A DNA stretch of 64,000 nt from an uncultured Planctomycetaceae bacterium (GCA_963833985.1 CAWIAD010000002.1:5056001-5120000), one strand, 5' to 3'; counted from the stretch's first letter, positions 1 to 10,956 are shown. Numbers and translations: made by a program. Notes: generated from the letters alone by a model not told the origin.

Positions 1-473
1 CAATCAATCGCCTGGGAATCGGGAGCCTCCCAATACCTTTCATAAACAGATTATGAAATGTTGATATCTAATTCTGCAAATATGGAGATCAAGAAATAAA
101 GTGACTGACGATCGAGATCAAGAAACCTTGCTGGGGCCTTGACGAAACTCCGCCAACCCCGTATGTGTGGAATTGTCCTGAGTCGCTCTCCGCGAGGGGG
201 GTTGTGTGATGGTCGCGCTGCGCGGGCCTCGCCGCTGGAGGCCTTCTGACATCCGTGTCCCTTTGCCTGTTCTCGGCACTCTGCGTGCCTGTGCTGGCTC
301 GGCCGGCTGCTCTCCGCGCGGGTCATCGATCTTGGTATGAGCCGACCTGCCCCCCCCAGAAAAGTGGCACCCGCTGAGAGTCGAAAACGCGCCGGTCGAG
401 CTGGTCGTGAGCGACGGCACCCAGAAGACCGAGGAATGACGGGGTTCCTGGACGTCTGCCGGAGGTTCCTTGC

Positions 474-1022
474 ATGAAAAGCGCCGAGCAATCCGCTCCC
501 AGGGCCGAAGGATCGACCGCTGCCGTCGAGCTCGATCGCCCACGTCGTGGACCGCGTCGCATCGTTCTTCCGGTCCTCGCGCTCGCGGCTTTCGCCATCG
601 TCGCGGTAGCGTTCGTTGCGCTCATCGCCCGCGACCCTCTCCGCAGGGCGGTCTCGGACTACCTGGGGGGAAAGACTCTGTTCGTGGACGCTGAGGAGAA
701 GTCGGTTGGGTCCGTCAGCCCAGGCGACACAATCGTTGTTGGTTTCAAGCTCAAGAATGAGGGTCGCGAGCCGGTTCGAATCCTGGGATGCCGAACGCTC
801 TGCAACTGCACCGCCCCACTTGACCTGCCGTTCGTCCTGGACCCGAAAGAGGCACGCGATCTTCAGTTGACGGTGAAGGTTCCGTCCATGGGGCGTGTGC
901 GGGACGGACACTCGAAGCTCTTTGATCTGCCGTTCACCGTATTCACGAGCAGCGCGACGCAATCCAGGTTCGGCCTGCGCATCCGCGGCGAAGTTGTGAA
1001 CAAGCCCCCAGCGGCCAACTGA
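474..1022 (+). CDS. DUF1573-like Ig-fold protein with N-terminal membrane anchor
   Basis: Hydrophobic segment IVLPVLALAAFAIVAVAFVALIA, then FKLKNEGREPVRILGCRTLCNCT, matching the F-x-x-x-N-x-G...CxC-T pattern of DUF1573 domains. Confidence 0.7.
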   Translation: MKSAEQSAPRAEGSTAAVELDRPRRGPRRIVLPVLALAAFAIVAVAFVALIARDPLRRAVSDYLGGKTLFVDAEEKSVGSVSPGDTIVVGFKLKNEGREPVRILGCRTLCNCTAPLDLPFVLDPKEARDLQLTVKVPSMGRVRDGHSKLFDLPFTVFTSSATQSRFGLRIRGEVVNKPPAAN

Positions 1023-1350
1023 CAGACGATGGCACCCCGCTGTGGTGCCTGAAAGCGTACCGGCCGAGAGTCGGTCACTTATTTGCTTTTTTGAATCGCC
1101 TGAGAGTGCGGTCACCGTGATGTCTGGGGATTGATCATGCTGTGGAACCTCAAGATGGCGAGAACGTGCGTGCGCAGAAGCCTTGCGGCGATGGTCGCGC
1201 TCGGTCTTCTTCTGTCAGCCCATCCATTGGTCAGGGCGGATGAGCGCGGCGTGCCTACCCCGGCCAGCTTCGTTTCCGAGTACCGCCGCATCCTCAAGGA
1301 GCACGAGGCAACCTACCGTGACGCACGAGTCGAGGGTAGGCTGCGTCTCA

Positions 1351-2271
1351 GAGGGAGTTTGGAAAGTTGCGCGGTTTAGGCAGCAGCCAGCCGACGCACC
1401 ATAACGTTGATCATAGCAAGATGAATCATTGACGCTGACGTTTCTGGATGGAACTCATAATCCTTGCTCATTCGGCGAAACCGTCCCAACCAGGCGAAGG
1501 TTCGCTCCACGACCCAGCGGTGGGGCAGGAGCTTAAAACCCTTGACGTCGTCCGTTCGTTTCACGATCTCCAGGACCCAACCACACTCGCTCTTGACCCA
1601 CTCCACCAATTTGCCTGCGTAGCCGCCGTCGGCCCAGACCAACTGCAGCCGTGGCAGGTCGTTCCTGATCGCATCGAAAACTGCCTTCGCCCCGTCCCGA
1701 TCCTGGATACCTGCCGAATGAACGACCACAGCCAGAATCAGCCCCATGGTGTCCACCAGGATGTGACGCTTGCGCCCATGATCTTCTTCCCGGCATCGTA
1801 TCCATCGATCCCCCCTTGCTCGTTTGTCTTTGCCGATTGGCTGTCAATGCACGCCGCGCTGGGCTCCTCGTTTCGGCCCGCTGCAACACGAACCCGTCGA
1901 CGAAGAATGTCGTGAACTCGTTGGAGAGTTCCGTCACGGGACCACGCTCGAAAGTAATCGTAGACTGTGCCCGCCGGTGGAAAGTCGTGGGGCAAGAGTC
2001 GCCAGGCGCATCCCGTTCGCAACAAGTAGAAGACCGCATTGAGCACCTCGCGGATGTTTGTAGTGCGCGGCCGGCCGCCGAACTTCCCTGCAGGAAGGAG
2101 CGGTTCGACAATCCTCCACTCTTCGTCAGTAAGATCGCTCTCATACGCCTTCCGCGCCGTGCGCTCGTCCATGATCGGGCTCCGCCCTTGTTCGATGACT
2201 ACCCTTCCCCTGAGAAGATTCTGCTCAATTCAGAAAATCTGTCCAGCCCACCCAAGTTTCCGAACTCCCTC
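1351..2271 (-). mobile_element. IS5-family insertion sequence (IS1031-like), 921 bp
   Basis: Terminal IRs GAGGGAGTTTGGAAAGTT (1351-1368) and AAGTTTCCGAACTCCCTC (2254-2271); 3-bp target duplication TCA (1348-1350, 2272-2274); transposase inside. Confidence 0.92.
1376..2172 (-). CDS. IS5-family DDE transposase (one frameshift near 1775)
   Basis: [37 protein letters not shown] and [11 protein letters not shown] motifs. One added base restores [17 protein letters not shown]. Confidence 0.92.
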
Positions 2272-3472
2272 TCAGGAAAGAGTCGCGGCTGGCCGGCAGT
2301 AAGGAGCCGGCCAAGGCGATCCCTCCGCTGTCCGAAGCGAAATGGTTGGAGTTCACCATCTGGTTTTCGGGAGATAAGGATCGGATCTCAAGGCAAGTGG
2401 GCCGCGGTGACCATGTGATGGTCAACGATGGCAACCGGTTTTTCCGGGTCCATCGCGCGTCCCCGGGCGATCTTTATGCTCTCGGTGAAATCACCGAGAA
2501 CGGCGACGCCATCCGCACTCCGCGGCCCACCCCAAGGCTGCTGAGGGAGGCACCCAACTGTCCGTGGAGCTACTCGGAGTTCCCTTCCTATGTGAGCTCC
2601 CAGGACTTCAAGATCAAGGAAATCACACGCACAAGCGATGCGGCCAGGCCGGAGTTCAAGCTGGTCTTCAGCTACCAGCCCGCCGACGCTTCGAAGCTCC
2701 GCATGGAGGGCTGGTTGCAGCTCGATCCCGGGGCGAGATACGTTCTCACCGCCTACGACATCCAGGTCATCACCCGGCCTCCCGGCCGAGGTGACGTGGT
2801 GGTACAGCAAAGCGGAACAACTCGCTACACAAGCCAGAATGGCGTCCCGGTGCCGGCCCACGCCAGCTACCGTCGCGAGGAACGCTCGAAGCTCGGCACG
2901 GGCATCGAGGAAGCGGAGTTCGAGCTTGATCGCTTTACTCTCGAAACCACGCCCGACGAGGAGTTCACGCTCGCCGCGTTCGGCCTCGGCGATTTCGAGT
3001 CGCCTCCCACAACGCCACACAGCCGGTTCGGCTACTACGCCCTGGCTGTCGCCGTCGCACTCGCTGCCGTGAGCGTTGTCCTGTGGCGGCTCGCGAAGCG
3101 AACCAGGCGGGGGCAGGCCGGTGCAGCATAAGGCGGTGGCATCGCCTCGCTATACCTGCCAGCGCCGGGTCTCTGGCAGTCGCTTTCCACCCGAGCTGGC
3201 GCCGAGGTCGTTGGTGGCTGCGAGTACTGAGGAAGAAGGTCAAACGACCGAGCGCCATCCGGTGAGTCTGTGCTTGCTGTCCGGGCTCCCTATCTTGACC
3301 CTATCCCGCTACGGGCCATAGGATGAATCTTCACGATGCTGGCGAATGAGGAAGCGCATCGGGTGATCCCCCCCTGCCTCATCGTGGCCAGTGTCGCTGA
3401 TCTCACGACGTCTCGGGAGCACGCACGTGGCTCTTGATTTGCTGTCGCTCATTTTTCTCGCCGGGAGCCACC

Positions 3473-4503
3473 TTGGAGATCACACTGAACGGCCAGCGCC
3501 GGGATGTGCCCGCACCACTCACTGTCGCCCAGCTTCTGGCCCATCTGGAATTGAAGCCGCAGTTCGTTGCCGTCGAGATCAATCGTGAGCTGGTAACGCG
3601 AGCCGCGCACGCCGAGCGCCGGGTCGCGCCCGGCGATGTGCTGGAAATCGTCACGCTGGTCGGCGGTGGATCGGAGGCCGCCATGACGGATGAGTTGCCC
3701 GCGCTGCGGATCGGAACGCACACCGTCAAGAGCCGGCTCTTCGTGGGGACGGGCAAGTACGCGACGCTCGAGCTGATGCGCGACTGCCTGGAGGCCAGCG
3801 GCGCCGAGGTGGTCACCGTTGCGGTGCGGCGCGAGCGGCTGTTCGACCGCCAGGGCCGGAACCTGCTCGATTACGTCGATCCCCGCCGCTACACGATTCT
3901 CCCGAACACGGCCGGTTGCTTCTCCGCCGCGGACGCGCTGCGCACGGCGCGGCTGGGCGCGAGCTGCTGGAGGGACTGAAGAACCCGGGGGCCGACTGGG
4001 TGAAACTTGAGGTGCTGGCCGACACGCGCACCCTCTTGCCCGATCCCGTGGCCACGCTCGAGGCGACGCGCGTGCTCGTGGGCGAGGGGTTCCAGGTGCT
4101 TTGCTATACCAGCGACGACCCCGTGATGGCCCGGCGGCTGAAGGAAGCGGGCGCCGCTGCGGTGATGCCGGCCGGCAGCCCGATCGGCAGCGGTCAGGGC
4201 GTGCTCAACCCGAACAACATCCGGATCATCCTGGAGGATCTCAAGGGCGGTGATCCCTCCTATCCCGTGATCGTCGATGCCGGCGTGGGCACCGCCAGCG
4301 ACGTGGCCATCGCCATGGAGCTGGGTTGCGATGGGGTGTTGCTCAATACCGGCATCGCCGGCGCGGCCGACCCCTTGCGCATGGCCCACGCCATGCGGCT
4401 GGCCGTCGAGGCTGGCTGGCTGGCGGCCGGGGCGGGTCGCATTTCCAGGAAGCTCTACGCCACGGCATCCAGCCCCACCCAGGGCATGATGGGTGGAAAC
4501 TGA
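3473..4503 (+). CDS. thiG: ThiS-ThiG fusion (sulfur carrier + thiazole synthase), frameshift near 3958
   Basis: ThiS: ITLNG...[10 protein letters not shown]...[13 protein letters not shown]. It reads without a stop into Thi[52 protein letters not shown]. Confidence 0.92.
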
Positions 4504-4561
4504 AGCAAGCCGGTGGACCGTCCTGGTTTCACCCCCCTTCCCGCTGGCAGGCAAACAAGGC

Positions 4562-6545
4562 ATGACTCAACTTGACCCGGCAACGATTCTGGGACCCGGC
4601 GGCGCGGTGGCTCGCCGGCTGCCGGCTTACGAGCTGCGCACCCAGCAGCTGGAGATGGCCCAGGCGGTGACTCGAGCCATCGAGAAGCCCGGACATCTCG
4701 TGGTCGAGGCGGGCACGGGCGTGGGCAAGAGCTTCGCCTACCTGGTACCGGCCATCCTGGCCGCCGTCGAGCAGAAGAAGAAGGTCGTCATCTCCACGCA
4801 CACGATCGCTCTCCAGGAACAACTGCTCCAGAAGGACATCCCGTTCCTGCGGTCGGTGATGCCCCAGGAGTTCTCGGCTGTGCTGGTGAAGGGGCGGGGC
4901 AATTACATCAGCCTGCGCCGGCTGGACGTCGCCCGGGCACGCTCCTCCGTGACCTTCCAGAAGCAGGAGGAGTTTGATCAGCTTGCCGAGATCCGGATGT
5001 GGGCCGGCCGCACCAGCGACGGCACCCGGTCCGACCTGGACTTCCGGCCCCTGCCCAGCGTCTGGGACGCGGTGCAGAGCGAGAACGGAAATTGCCTGGG
5101 CCGCGACTGCCCCCGGAACAAGGAGTGCTTTTACTTCCAGGCCCGGCGGCGGGTGTGGTCGGCGAACCTCCTGATCGTCAACCATGCGCTTTTCGTGACC
5201 GACCTGGCCCTGCGGGCCGCCGGCTACGGACTGCTGCCCCGGTACGATGTGGCCATCTTTGACGAGGCCCACACGCTCGAGGCCGTGGCCGGCGAGCACA
5301 TGGGGTTGCAGATCTCGAACATCGGGGTCGATCTCACGCTGGCGCGGCTGTACAACGACCGCAACGGAAAGGGCCTGCTGTCGTATCACAAGCTGCAAGA
5401 GGCCATGGATCAGGTGCAGAACGCCCGCATCGCCGCGGACGATTTCTTCGACCAGCTTGCCCGCTGGCGGCTCCGCCAGGGCGAGGGCTTCAACGGCCGG
5501 GTGCGCAAGCCGCTCGGCCTGCCGGATGTCCTTTCCGAAGAGCTGCGCAAGCTGGCGACGCGCATCGGCGAGGGGGCCAGGGCGGTGGAAAACCCCGAGC
5601 AGCAGGTCGAGCTCACGGCGGCTCAAGGCCGTTGCACCGCCCTGGCCGACCAGCTCGCGGAATGGACCAGGCAATCGGCCGCCGACCAGGTGTACTGGGT
5701 GGAGGCCGAGCAAAAGGCACGGATGCGCGTACGTCTGGCATCCGCTCCCCTGGATGTCGGGCCGAGCCTGCGGAAACAGCTCTTCGAACAGGTGCGAACC
5801 TGCGTGCTCACCTCGGCCACACTCTGCGTGGGCAATCCGCCCGCATTCGACTTCCTCAAGACGCGGCTCGGTTTGACCGCCGCGGAAACCCTGGCCCTGG
5901 GCAGCCCGTTCGACTATCCCAGCCAGGTGAAGATCCACCTGCCGCGCAACCTGCCGGACCCCTCCAGCCAGGCTCAGGAGTTCGAGCGCGTGGCCATCAG
6001 CGCCATCGCCCATTACCTGGAGCGCACCGGGGGCAAGGCGTTCGTGCTTTTCACCTCGTACAAGATGCTCGACGCGGCCGCCCGCGCTCACGCCCTGGCT
6101 GGCCCGGCGCAACATCGCACTCTTTGCTCAGAGCGACGGCATGCCGCGGTCGAAGATGGTTGAGGCGTTCAAGGCCGACGTCAACAGTGTGATCTTCGGC
6201 GCGGACAGCTTCTGGCAAGGCGTCGATGTTCCCGGCGAGGCGCTCTCGAATGTGATCATCGTCCGGCTTCCCTTCAGCGTGCCCAGCCACCCCTTGCTCG
6301 AGGCCCGGCTCGAGGACATCCGCCATCGAGGCGGCAATCCGTTCGTCGAGTACCAGGTTCCCGAGGCCGTCATCAAGCTGAAACAGGGCTTCGGCCGGTT
6401 GATCCGGACGAGGACCGATAAAGGCATCGTGGTCATCATCGACCCGCGCGTGATGACCAAGCCTTACGGCCGGACGTTCCTCGGCTCGCTTCCGGAATGC
6501 CCGCGCATCGTCGAGCAGATTGACCTGGCCGGGACACAGCGATGA
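4562..6545 (+). CDS. dinG: DinG/YoaA-family ATP-dependent DNA helicase (frameshift near 6085)
   Basis: EAGTGVGKS (Walker A), DEAH, TSATL, VLFTSY, SFWQGVD and QGFGRLIR motifs. Confidence 0.9.
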
Positions 6546-6581
6546 GCCCCGCACCCGGCGGTGCGGGTGCGGCTGCCTGCA

Positions 6582-7725
6582 TCAGTCCTCGTGGTCGTCG
6601 GCGGCCCTCGCCCCGGTGAGCTGCCCGAATCCCTTGGTCCGGCGCATCCAGGCGCTGGTTTGCCAGTTGTCCACGGGCTCTTTTTCAGGAAAGACCGGAG
6701 GCAGGGGCATGAGGAACCGCGCCGAAAGCGCCGCGATGAACGGCTCATACATATGGCGCAGCTCGGCCAGGCGCAGCTCGGCGGCCTCGCCTGCGTGCAG
6801 CTCCAGGCCCACGGCCGCCAGTCGTGCGCAGCGCCGCGAGCTGGTCCGGCGGCAACCGATCAGCCGGTGGATCGATGGGAGGCGCGTAGAACGCCTGCGC
6901 CAGGTCAACCACGACGTGCCGGCCCATCGCGAAGACCATCCAGGCCTGGGAACGGTCCTTCTTCGGCACCGCGGCAACAATGAGCGCCGAGGTGTCCAGG
7001 ATCGCCGTCAGCGCGGCCAGCCACGACTGGTTGTCGTGCTGCGAGCGGTAGTAACTGAGCACCGGGAACGAGATGTGGCTCTCCAGCACCTCGGCCGCCC
7101 AGCGCTCCCACTCGCCCAGGAACTCGTCCAGCCGCTCCAGTTCGCTGAACCGCGCCAGGCGTCCGAGCAGGGTTCCCGCGGTCGGCGGCGAGCCGGCACG
7201 GGCGTCGAGCAGCGAGATCGCGATCTCCCGGCGCGAGAAGGCCTGGTAGAGCACCGGGAGATAGCTGATCACCACCGCCAGGAACCCGAAGCCAACGCCC
7301 GTCTCCACCACCGCCAGGAACCGGCCCGCGGGCCCGGCGGGCGTGATGTCTCCATATCCCAGCGTGAAGAATGTGACCCCGCTGAAATAGAGGTAGGTTT
7401 CCAGCCCCGGAGACGTCTCCTGCACGCTCAAGGCCGTGCCAATCGACCAGTGCAAGAGTGCGAATCCGAGAATCAAAACGGCCGCCCAGACCACCGTGAG
7501 CAGCAGGATCGAGAGCGGACCATACAGGCTCAGCAACGTGTTCCTGCGCCGGTCGGTGCGGATCCGGCGCGCCGCCGCGGCCCAGGGAATCCACGAGTAA
7601 ACATAGAAAAGCCGCGCAAACCGGAACTGGCGCCGGACCCTTCGCGGCAAGAGCATCGTCTCGAACGCGTCGACCAGTACCAGCAGGATCAGCACAAGGC
7701 TTGCCAGCGCGACCAGCGTCGTCAT
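6582..7725 (-). CDS. Potassium channel family protein (frameshift near 6827)
   Basis: YFSGVTFFTLGYGD selectivity filter flanked by TM helices; cytoplasmic C-terminal domain. Confidence 0.88.
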
Positions 7726-7849
7726 GAGGGCACTCCGGTCCAGTCGTGGAGACCGCTGCGCGAATCCGTCACGGGCTGTCTTGCAGCGGGCCGAAGCAGG
7801 CCCGCGTCTCCGTCGATCACTTTCCTGGCGGCCCGGTGCACTTTAGGAT

Positions 7850-8079
7850 CAATACCGCTGAAATAGCGTTCACGAGAAGGGGGCAAAAGCTTTGCGACAG
7901 ACTTGTTCCCACGCTCTGCGTGGGAACACCGGTCGGGACGCTCGGCGTCCCATGGATTTCCCAGCCTCGGCACGGGACCAATCGACGCGGAGCGTCGCAA
8001 ACGGCATTCCCACGCGGAGCGTGGGAACGAGGGACAAACCCCTGCCTGCACTCAACTTATCGCTATTTCAACGGTATTG
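7850..8079. mobile_element. 230-bp MITE with IS4-like ends
   Basis: 19-bp TIRs CAATACCGCTGAAATAGCG (7850-7868) and CGCTATTTCAACGGTATTG (8061-8079), 18/19 match; exact 10-bp flanking direct repeat ACTTTAGGAT (7840-7849, 8080-8089); no transposase. Confidence 0.88.
7902..8031. repeat. REP/REPIN-like composite palindromic element nested in the MITE
   Basis: Outer palindromes GTTCCCACGCTCTGCGTGGGAAC and ATTCCCACGCGGAGCGTGGGAAC in inverted orientation; inner pair GGGACGCTCGGCGTCCC and CGACGCGGAGCGTCG. Confidence 0.8.
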
Positions 8080-8131
8080 ACTTTAGGATGAACCATGGAG
8101 TCTGAGAAGACCAAGCTCAGGAGGACCTGCG

Positions 8132-10726
8132 ATGACGCATGCTCCGGTTTTGCTCTTGATGGCCTTGCCAGCGTTCTTCCCTCTGGCGCCCGCCGGCGCG
8201 GACGAACTCTTTCCGTTCGTCGTTTCCTATGACGCACCCGTGAACGCGACCAACGTCTCGGCCTGGCTCGACCGGCCCGCGGGGCGTCACGGCTTCATCC
8301 GGGCCGACGGTGAGAAGCTGGTGCACGATGCCGGTCCGGTGCGGTTCTGGGCGACCAACGTTTGCTTCGACGGGTGCTTCCCCACCAACGACCAGGCCGA
8401 GCGGCTGGCGGCCCGCCTGGCCCGCCTGGGCATCAACTGCGTGCGCTTGCACCATATGGATATGTACTCCATCTGGGGCAACAGCCCCAACAAGCTGACC
8501 ATCGATCCTCACAGGCTGGAACGCCTGGATTACCTGATCAGCCAGTTCAAGAAACATGGAATTTACATCAACTTGAACCTTCATGTTTCACGCACCTTTG
8601 GCGAGGCGGAAGGATTCTCGGGGCGGTCGCAGAGGCCCGAGTTCGATAAGGGGCTCGACAACTTCGAGCCGCGGATGATCGAGCTCCAGCAGAAGTACGC
8701 CCGCGACCTCTTGACCCACGTCAATGCCTACACCGGCAACCCCTACATCCGCGAGCCGGCCGTCGCCTTCGTGGAGATCAACAACGAGAATGCGCTGCAT
8801 GCCACCTGGGAATGGGGGCAGCTCGACCGACTTCCCGAGCCCTACTCGACCACATACAGAAAGCTCTGGAACGCCTGGCTGAAGCAGAAGTACCGCAGCA
8901 CCGAGGAGCTGCGTAGATCCTGGAACGCCAGCGTGGTGCGGCCCGGTGCCGAGCAGGTGCACAATGGCAGCTTCCGATCCGCTCTCGATGGGTCGTGGAG
9001 CCTGGAACGCGACGACGATGCGCAGGCCGCCTGGTCGATCGAGCCGCAAGGGGCAGAAGGCCGTCCCTGCCTGCGCGTGGTGGTCATCCGGAGCGGGTCG
9101 GTGGCGTGGCATCCGCAGTTCAATGTACGGATCGCGGCGCTGCGCAAGGACCTCCCGTACACGCTGAGCTTCCGGATGAGGTCCGACGGCACGCGCCGCA
9201 TCGACGTCAACGCCAAGCAGGCGCATGCGCCCTGGAACGATCTTGGATTCTCGACGCCGGTCCAGCTCACAAGGGAGTGGAATACGTTCCGTTTCACGTT
9301 CTCCGTCCAGGAATCCGACCCGGACGCGCGGATCACGTGGACCGGGTTGCCGCCGGGTCGCTACGAGCTTGCCGGCGTCTCGTTGCGGCCGGGCGGAGCA
9401 CTTGGACTCGGGCCGGCGGAGCGGCTCGAAGATGCGAGCGTCCCGGTGCTCACCAGACGCGCGACCAACCTGACCAGTGCAGCGCGGAACGATTTCGCCG
9501 ACTTCCTGTGGGATACCGAGTCCCGCTACTGGTGGGGCATGTACCGCTTTCTGAAGCAAGACCTGGGCGTGCGAGCACTGGTCACGGGAACCCAGATGGG
9601 CTGGAGCCCGCCCCACATCCAGACAGCGCTCGACTACGTCGACGGCCACTCCTACTGGGAACATCCCGTCTTTCCCGGCCGGCCGTGGGATTCAAGGAAC
9701 TGGTATGTGAACGACGTGGCCCTGGTGAATGAAGGCGGAGGCACGCTGGCGAAGCTCGCTTCCACGCGCGTGGCGGGCAAGCCATACACCGTCAGCGAGT
9801 ACAACCATCCCGCGCCGCTGTCGCACGCGGCCGAGGGTTTTCCGATGATCGCGGCCTTCGGCGCGTTCCAGCGCTGGAGCGCGATCTACTCGTTCGACTA
9901 CACCGGCGATGCCCGCTTCGAGCCGGAGAAGCTGGAAGGCTACTTCGACATCAAGAGCGACCCCTCTCGCCTGGTCCACATGCCAGCCTGCCACGCCCTG
10001 TTCGTGCGGGGCGACGTCTCCCAGGCGCGTCAGACGCTGCTCGCTGCCGTGCCCCGCGAGGCGGAGCGCCGGCAACTCCATGAATCGCGCAGCGCCTGGA
10101 CGCTCACGACCGATCGGTTCGGTGTGGACGCGAAGTGGTCGCTGATTCATGCCATCGGGCAGGACCTGAGCGCCTCAGGATCGGCCAGCACGGCCATGCC
10201 GTGGCCCGCGACAAGCCGCTTCGTCTCTGATACCGGGCAAATCCACTGGGATCTGGAGCAATCGGGCGCCGGTTACTTCACGGTGGATACACCACGGACC
10301 AAGCTATTCACGGGATTCGTACGCGGCCGGATGATCCCGCTCGGCGACGTCACGCTGGCCATCGGTCCGACCCGGCTCGACTGGGCCACGGTCACCATGA
10401 CGGCCATCGATGGAGCGGGATTTGACAGGCCGGGCAGCATCCTGATCGCGGCCACGGGCCTTGTGCACAACAAGGGCGCGCAGCTCAGGACACTGAGCGG
10501 CCACCAGATCACGCTCGACGACCACTGGGGCGAAGCGCCTGTACTCTGCGAGGGTATCCCGGCGGAGATCACTTTGCCGGTGACATCCGACCGGGTCACG
10601 GTCTATCCTCTCGACCCCTCAGGAAATCGCCGATCCGCCATCGCGGCCACAACTCACGACGGCCATGCAGTGATCGCCATCGGCCCTACGCACAAGACCC
10701 TCTGGTACGAGGTGAATGTGCGATGA
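8132..10726 (+). CDS. Secreted GH5-like (clan GH-A) glycoside hydrolase with inserted CBM4/9-like domain
   Basis: AGGAGG RBS at 8119; signal peptide; GINCVRLHH, EINNEN (acid/base), DGHSYW and VSEYNHP (nucleophile); NGSF...YTLSFRMRS CBM-like insert. Confidence 0.8.
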   Translation: MTHAPVLLLMALPAFFPLAPAGADELFPFVVSYDAPVNATNVSAWLDRPAGRHGFIRADGEKLVHDAGPVRFWATNVCFDGCFPTNDQAERLAARLARLGINCVRLHHMDMYSIWGNSPNKLTIDPHRLERLDYLISQFKKHGIYINLNLHVSRTFGEAEGFSGRSQRPEFDKGLDNFEPRMIELQQKYARDLLTHVNAYTGNPYIREPAVAFVEINNENALHATWEWGQLDRLPEPYSTTYRKLWNAWLKQKYRSTEELRRSWNASVVRPGAEQVHNGSFRSALDGSWSLERDDDAQAAWSIEPQGAEGRPCLRVVVIRSGSVAWHPQFNVRIAALRKDLPYTLSFRMRSDGTRRIDVNAKQAHAPWNDLGFSTPVQLTREWNTFRFTFSVQESDPDARITWTGLPPGRYELAGVSLRPGGALGLGPAERLEDASVPVLTRRATNLTSAARNDFADFLWDTESRYWWGMYRFLKQDLGVRALVTGTQMGWSPPHIQTALDYVDGHSYWEHPVFPGRPWDSRNWYVNDVALVNEGGGTLAKLASTRVAGKPYTVSEYNHPAPLSHAAEGFPMIAAFGAFQRWSAIYSFDYTGDARFEPEKLEGYFDIKSDPSRLVHMPACHALFVRGDVSQARQTLLAAVPREAERRQLHESRSAWTLTTDRFGVDAKWSLIHAIGQDLSASGSASTAMPWPATSRFVSDTGQIHWDLEQSGAGYFTVDTPRTKLFTGFVRGRMIPLGDVTLAIGPTRLDWATVTMTAIDGAGFDRPGSILIAATGLVHNKGAQLRTLSGHQITLDDHWGEAPVLCEGIPAEITLPVTSDRVTVYPLDPSGNRRSAIAATTHDGHAVIAIGPTHKTLWYEVNVR

Positions 10727-10956
10727 GGGAGATGACGGCCGCGGATCGAGGCGGCCCAGGGCCGCCATTTCTGCCATTTGCTGGCTGATCTTGATTCGCG
10801 GCAATCTCAGCACCACGATCTCCCGCAAGCATGGATGTCAGGGCTTGTGCTGCTTTTTGAGGTTGACCGTTTCCGGGCGAAGCTCTAGATTCTCGACCCA
10901 ACCGTCTCAAAACTTGAGGCAAACCACAACACGGACCATGGATTGGGAGACGTCAC

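Larger units (their letters stand above)
1137..3131 (+). pseudogene. Exported protein with C-terminal TM anchor, interrupted by an IS5-family element
   Basis: 5' part has a signal peptide (LAAMVALGLLLSAHPLVRA). Removing 1351-2274 rejoins the frame (GRLRLR-KESRLAGSKEPAKAIPPLSEAKWLEFTIW) into ORF 2346-3131, which ends in TM YALAVAVALAAVSVVLW plus a basic tail. Start codon uncertain. Confidence 0.8.

Noticed and set aside
343..372. CGACCTGCCCCCCCCAGAAAAGTGGCACCC resembles an IS3-family end
   Set aside because: Lacks the TG terminus; no partner end or transposase in the window
771..790. tRNA T-loop-like GGTTCGAATCC
   Set aside because: Inside a CDS, with no cloverleaf around it
1738..1790. Programmed frameshift in the IS5 transposase
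   Set aside because: No A-rich slippery site at the switch; it fits the window-wide GCGC error pattern
3131..3472. TPP riboswitch before thiS-thiG
   Set aside because: Conserved CTGAGA and ACCTG core elements not found
4529..6115. Long antisense or alternative-frame ORFs (also 16784-18298, 26695-28350, 44552-46432, 51721-52950, 53007-54923)
   Set aside because: Shadow ORFs of high-GC genes with no recognisable motifs
7902..8031. Mini CRISPR array
   Set aside because: Units are inverted palindromes rather than direct repeats with spacers; no cas genes
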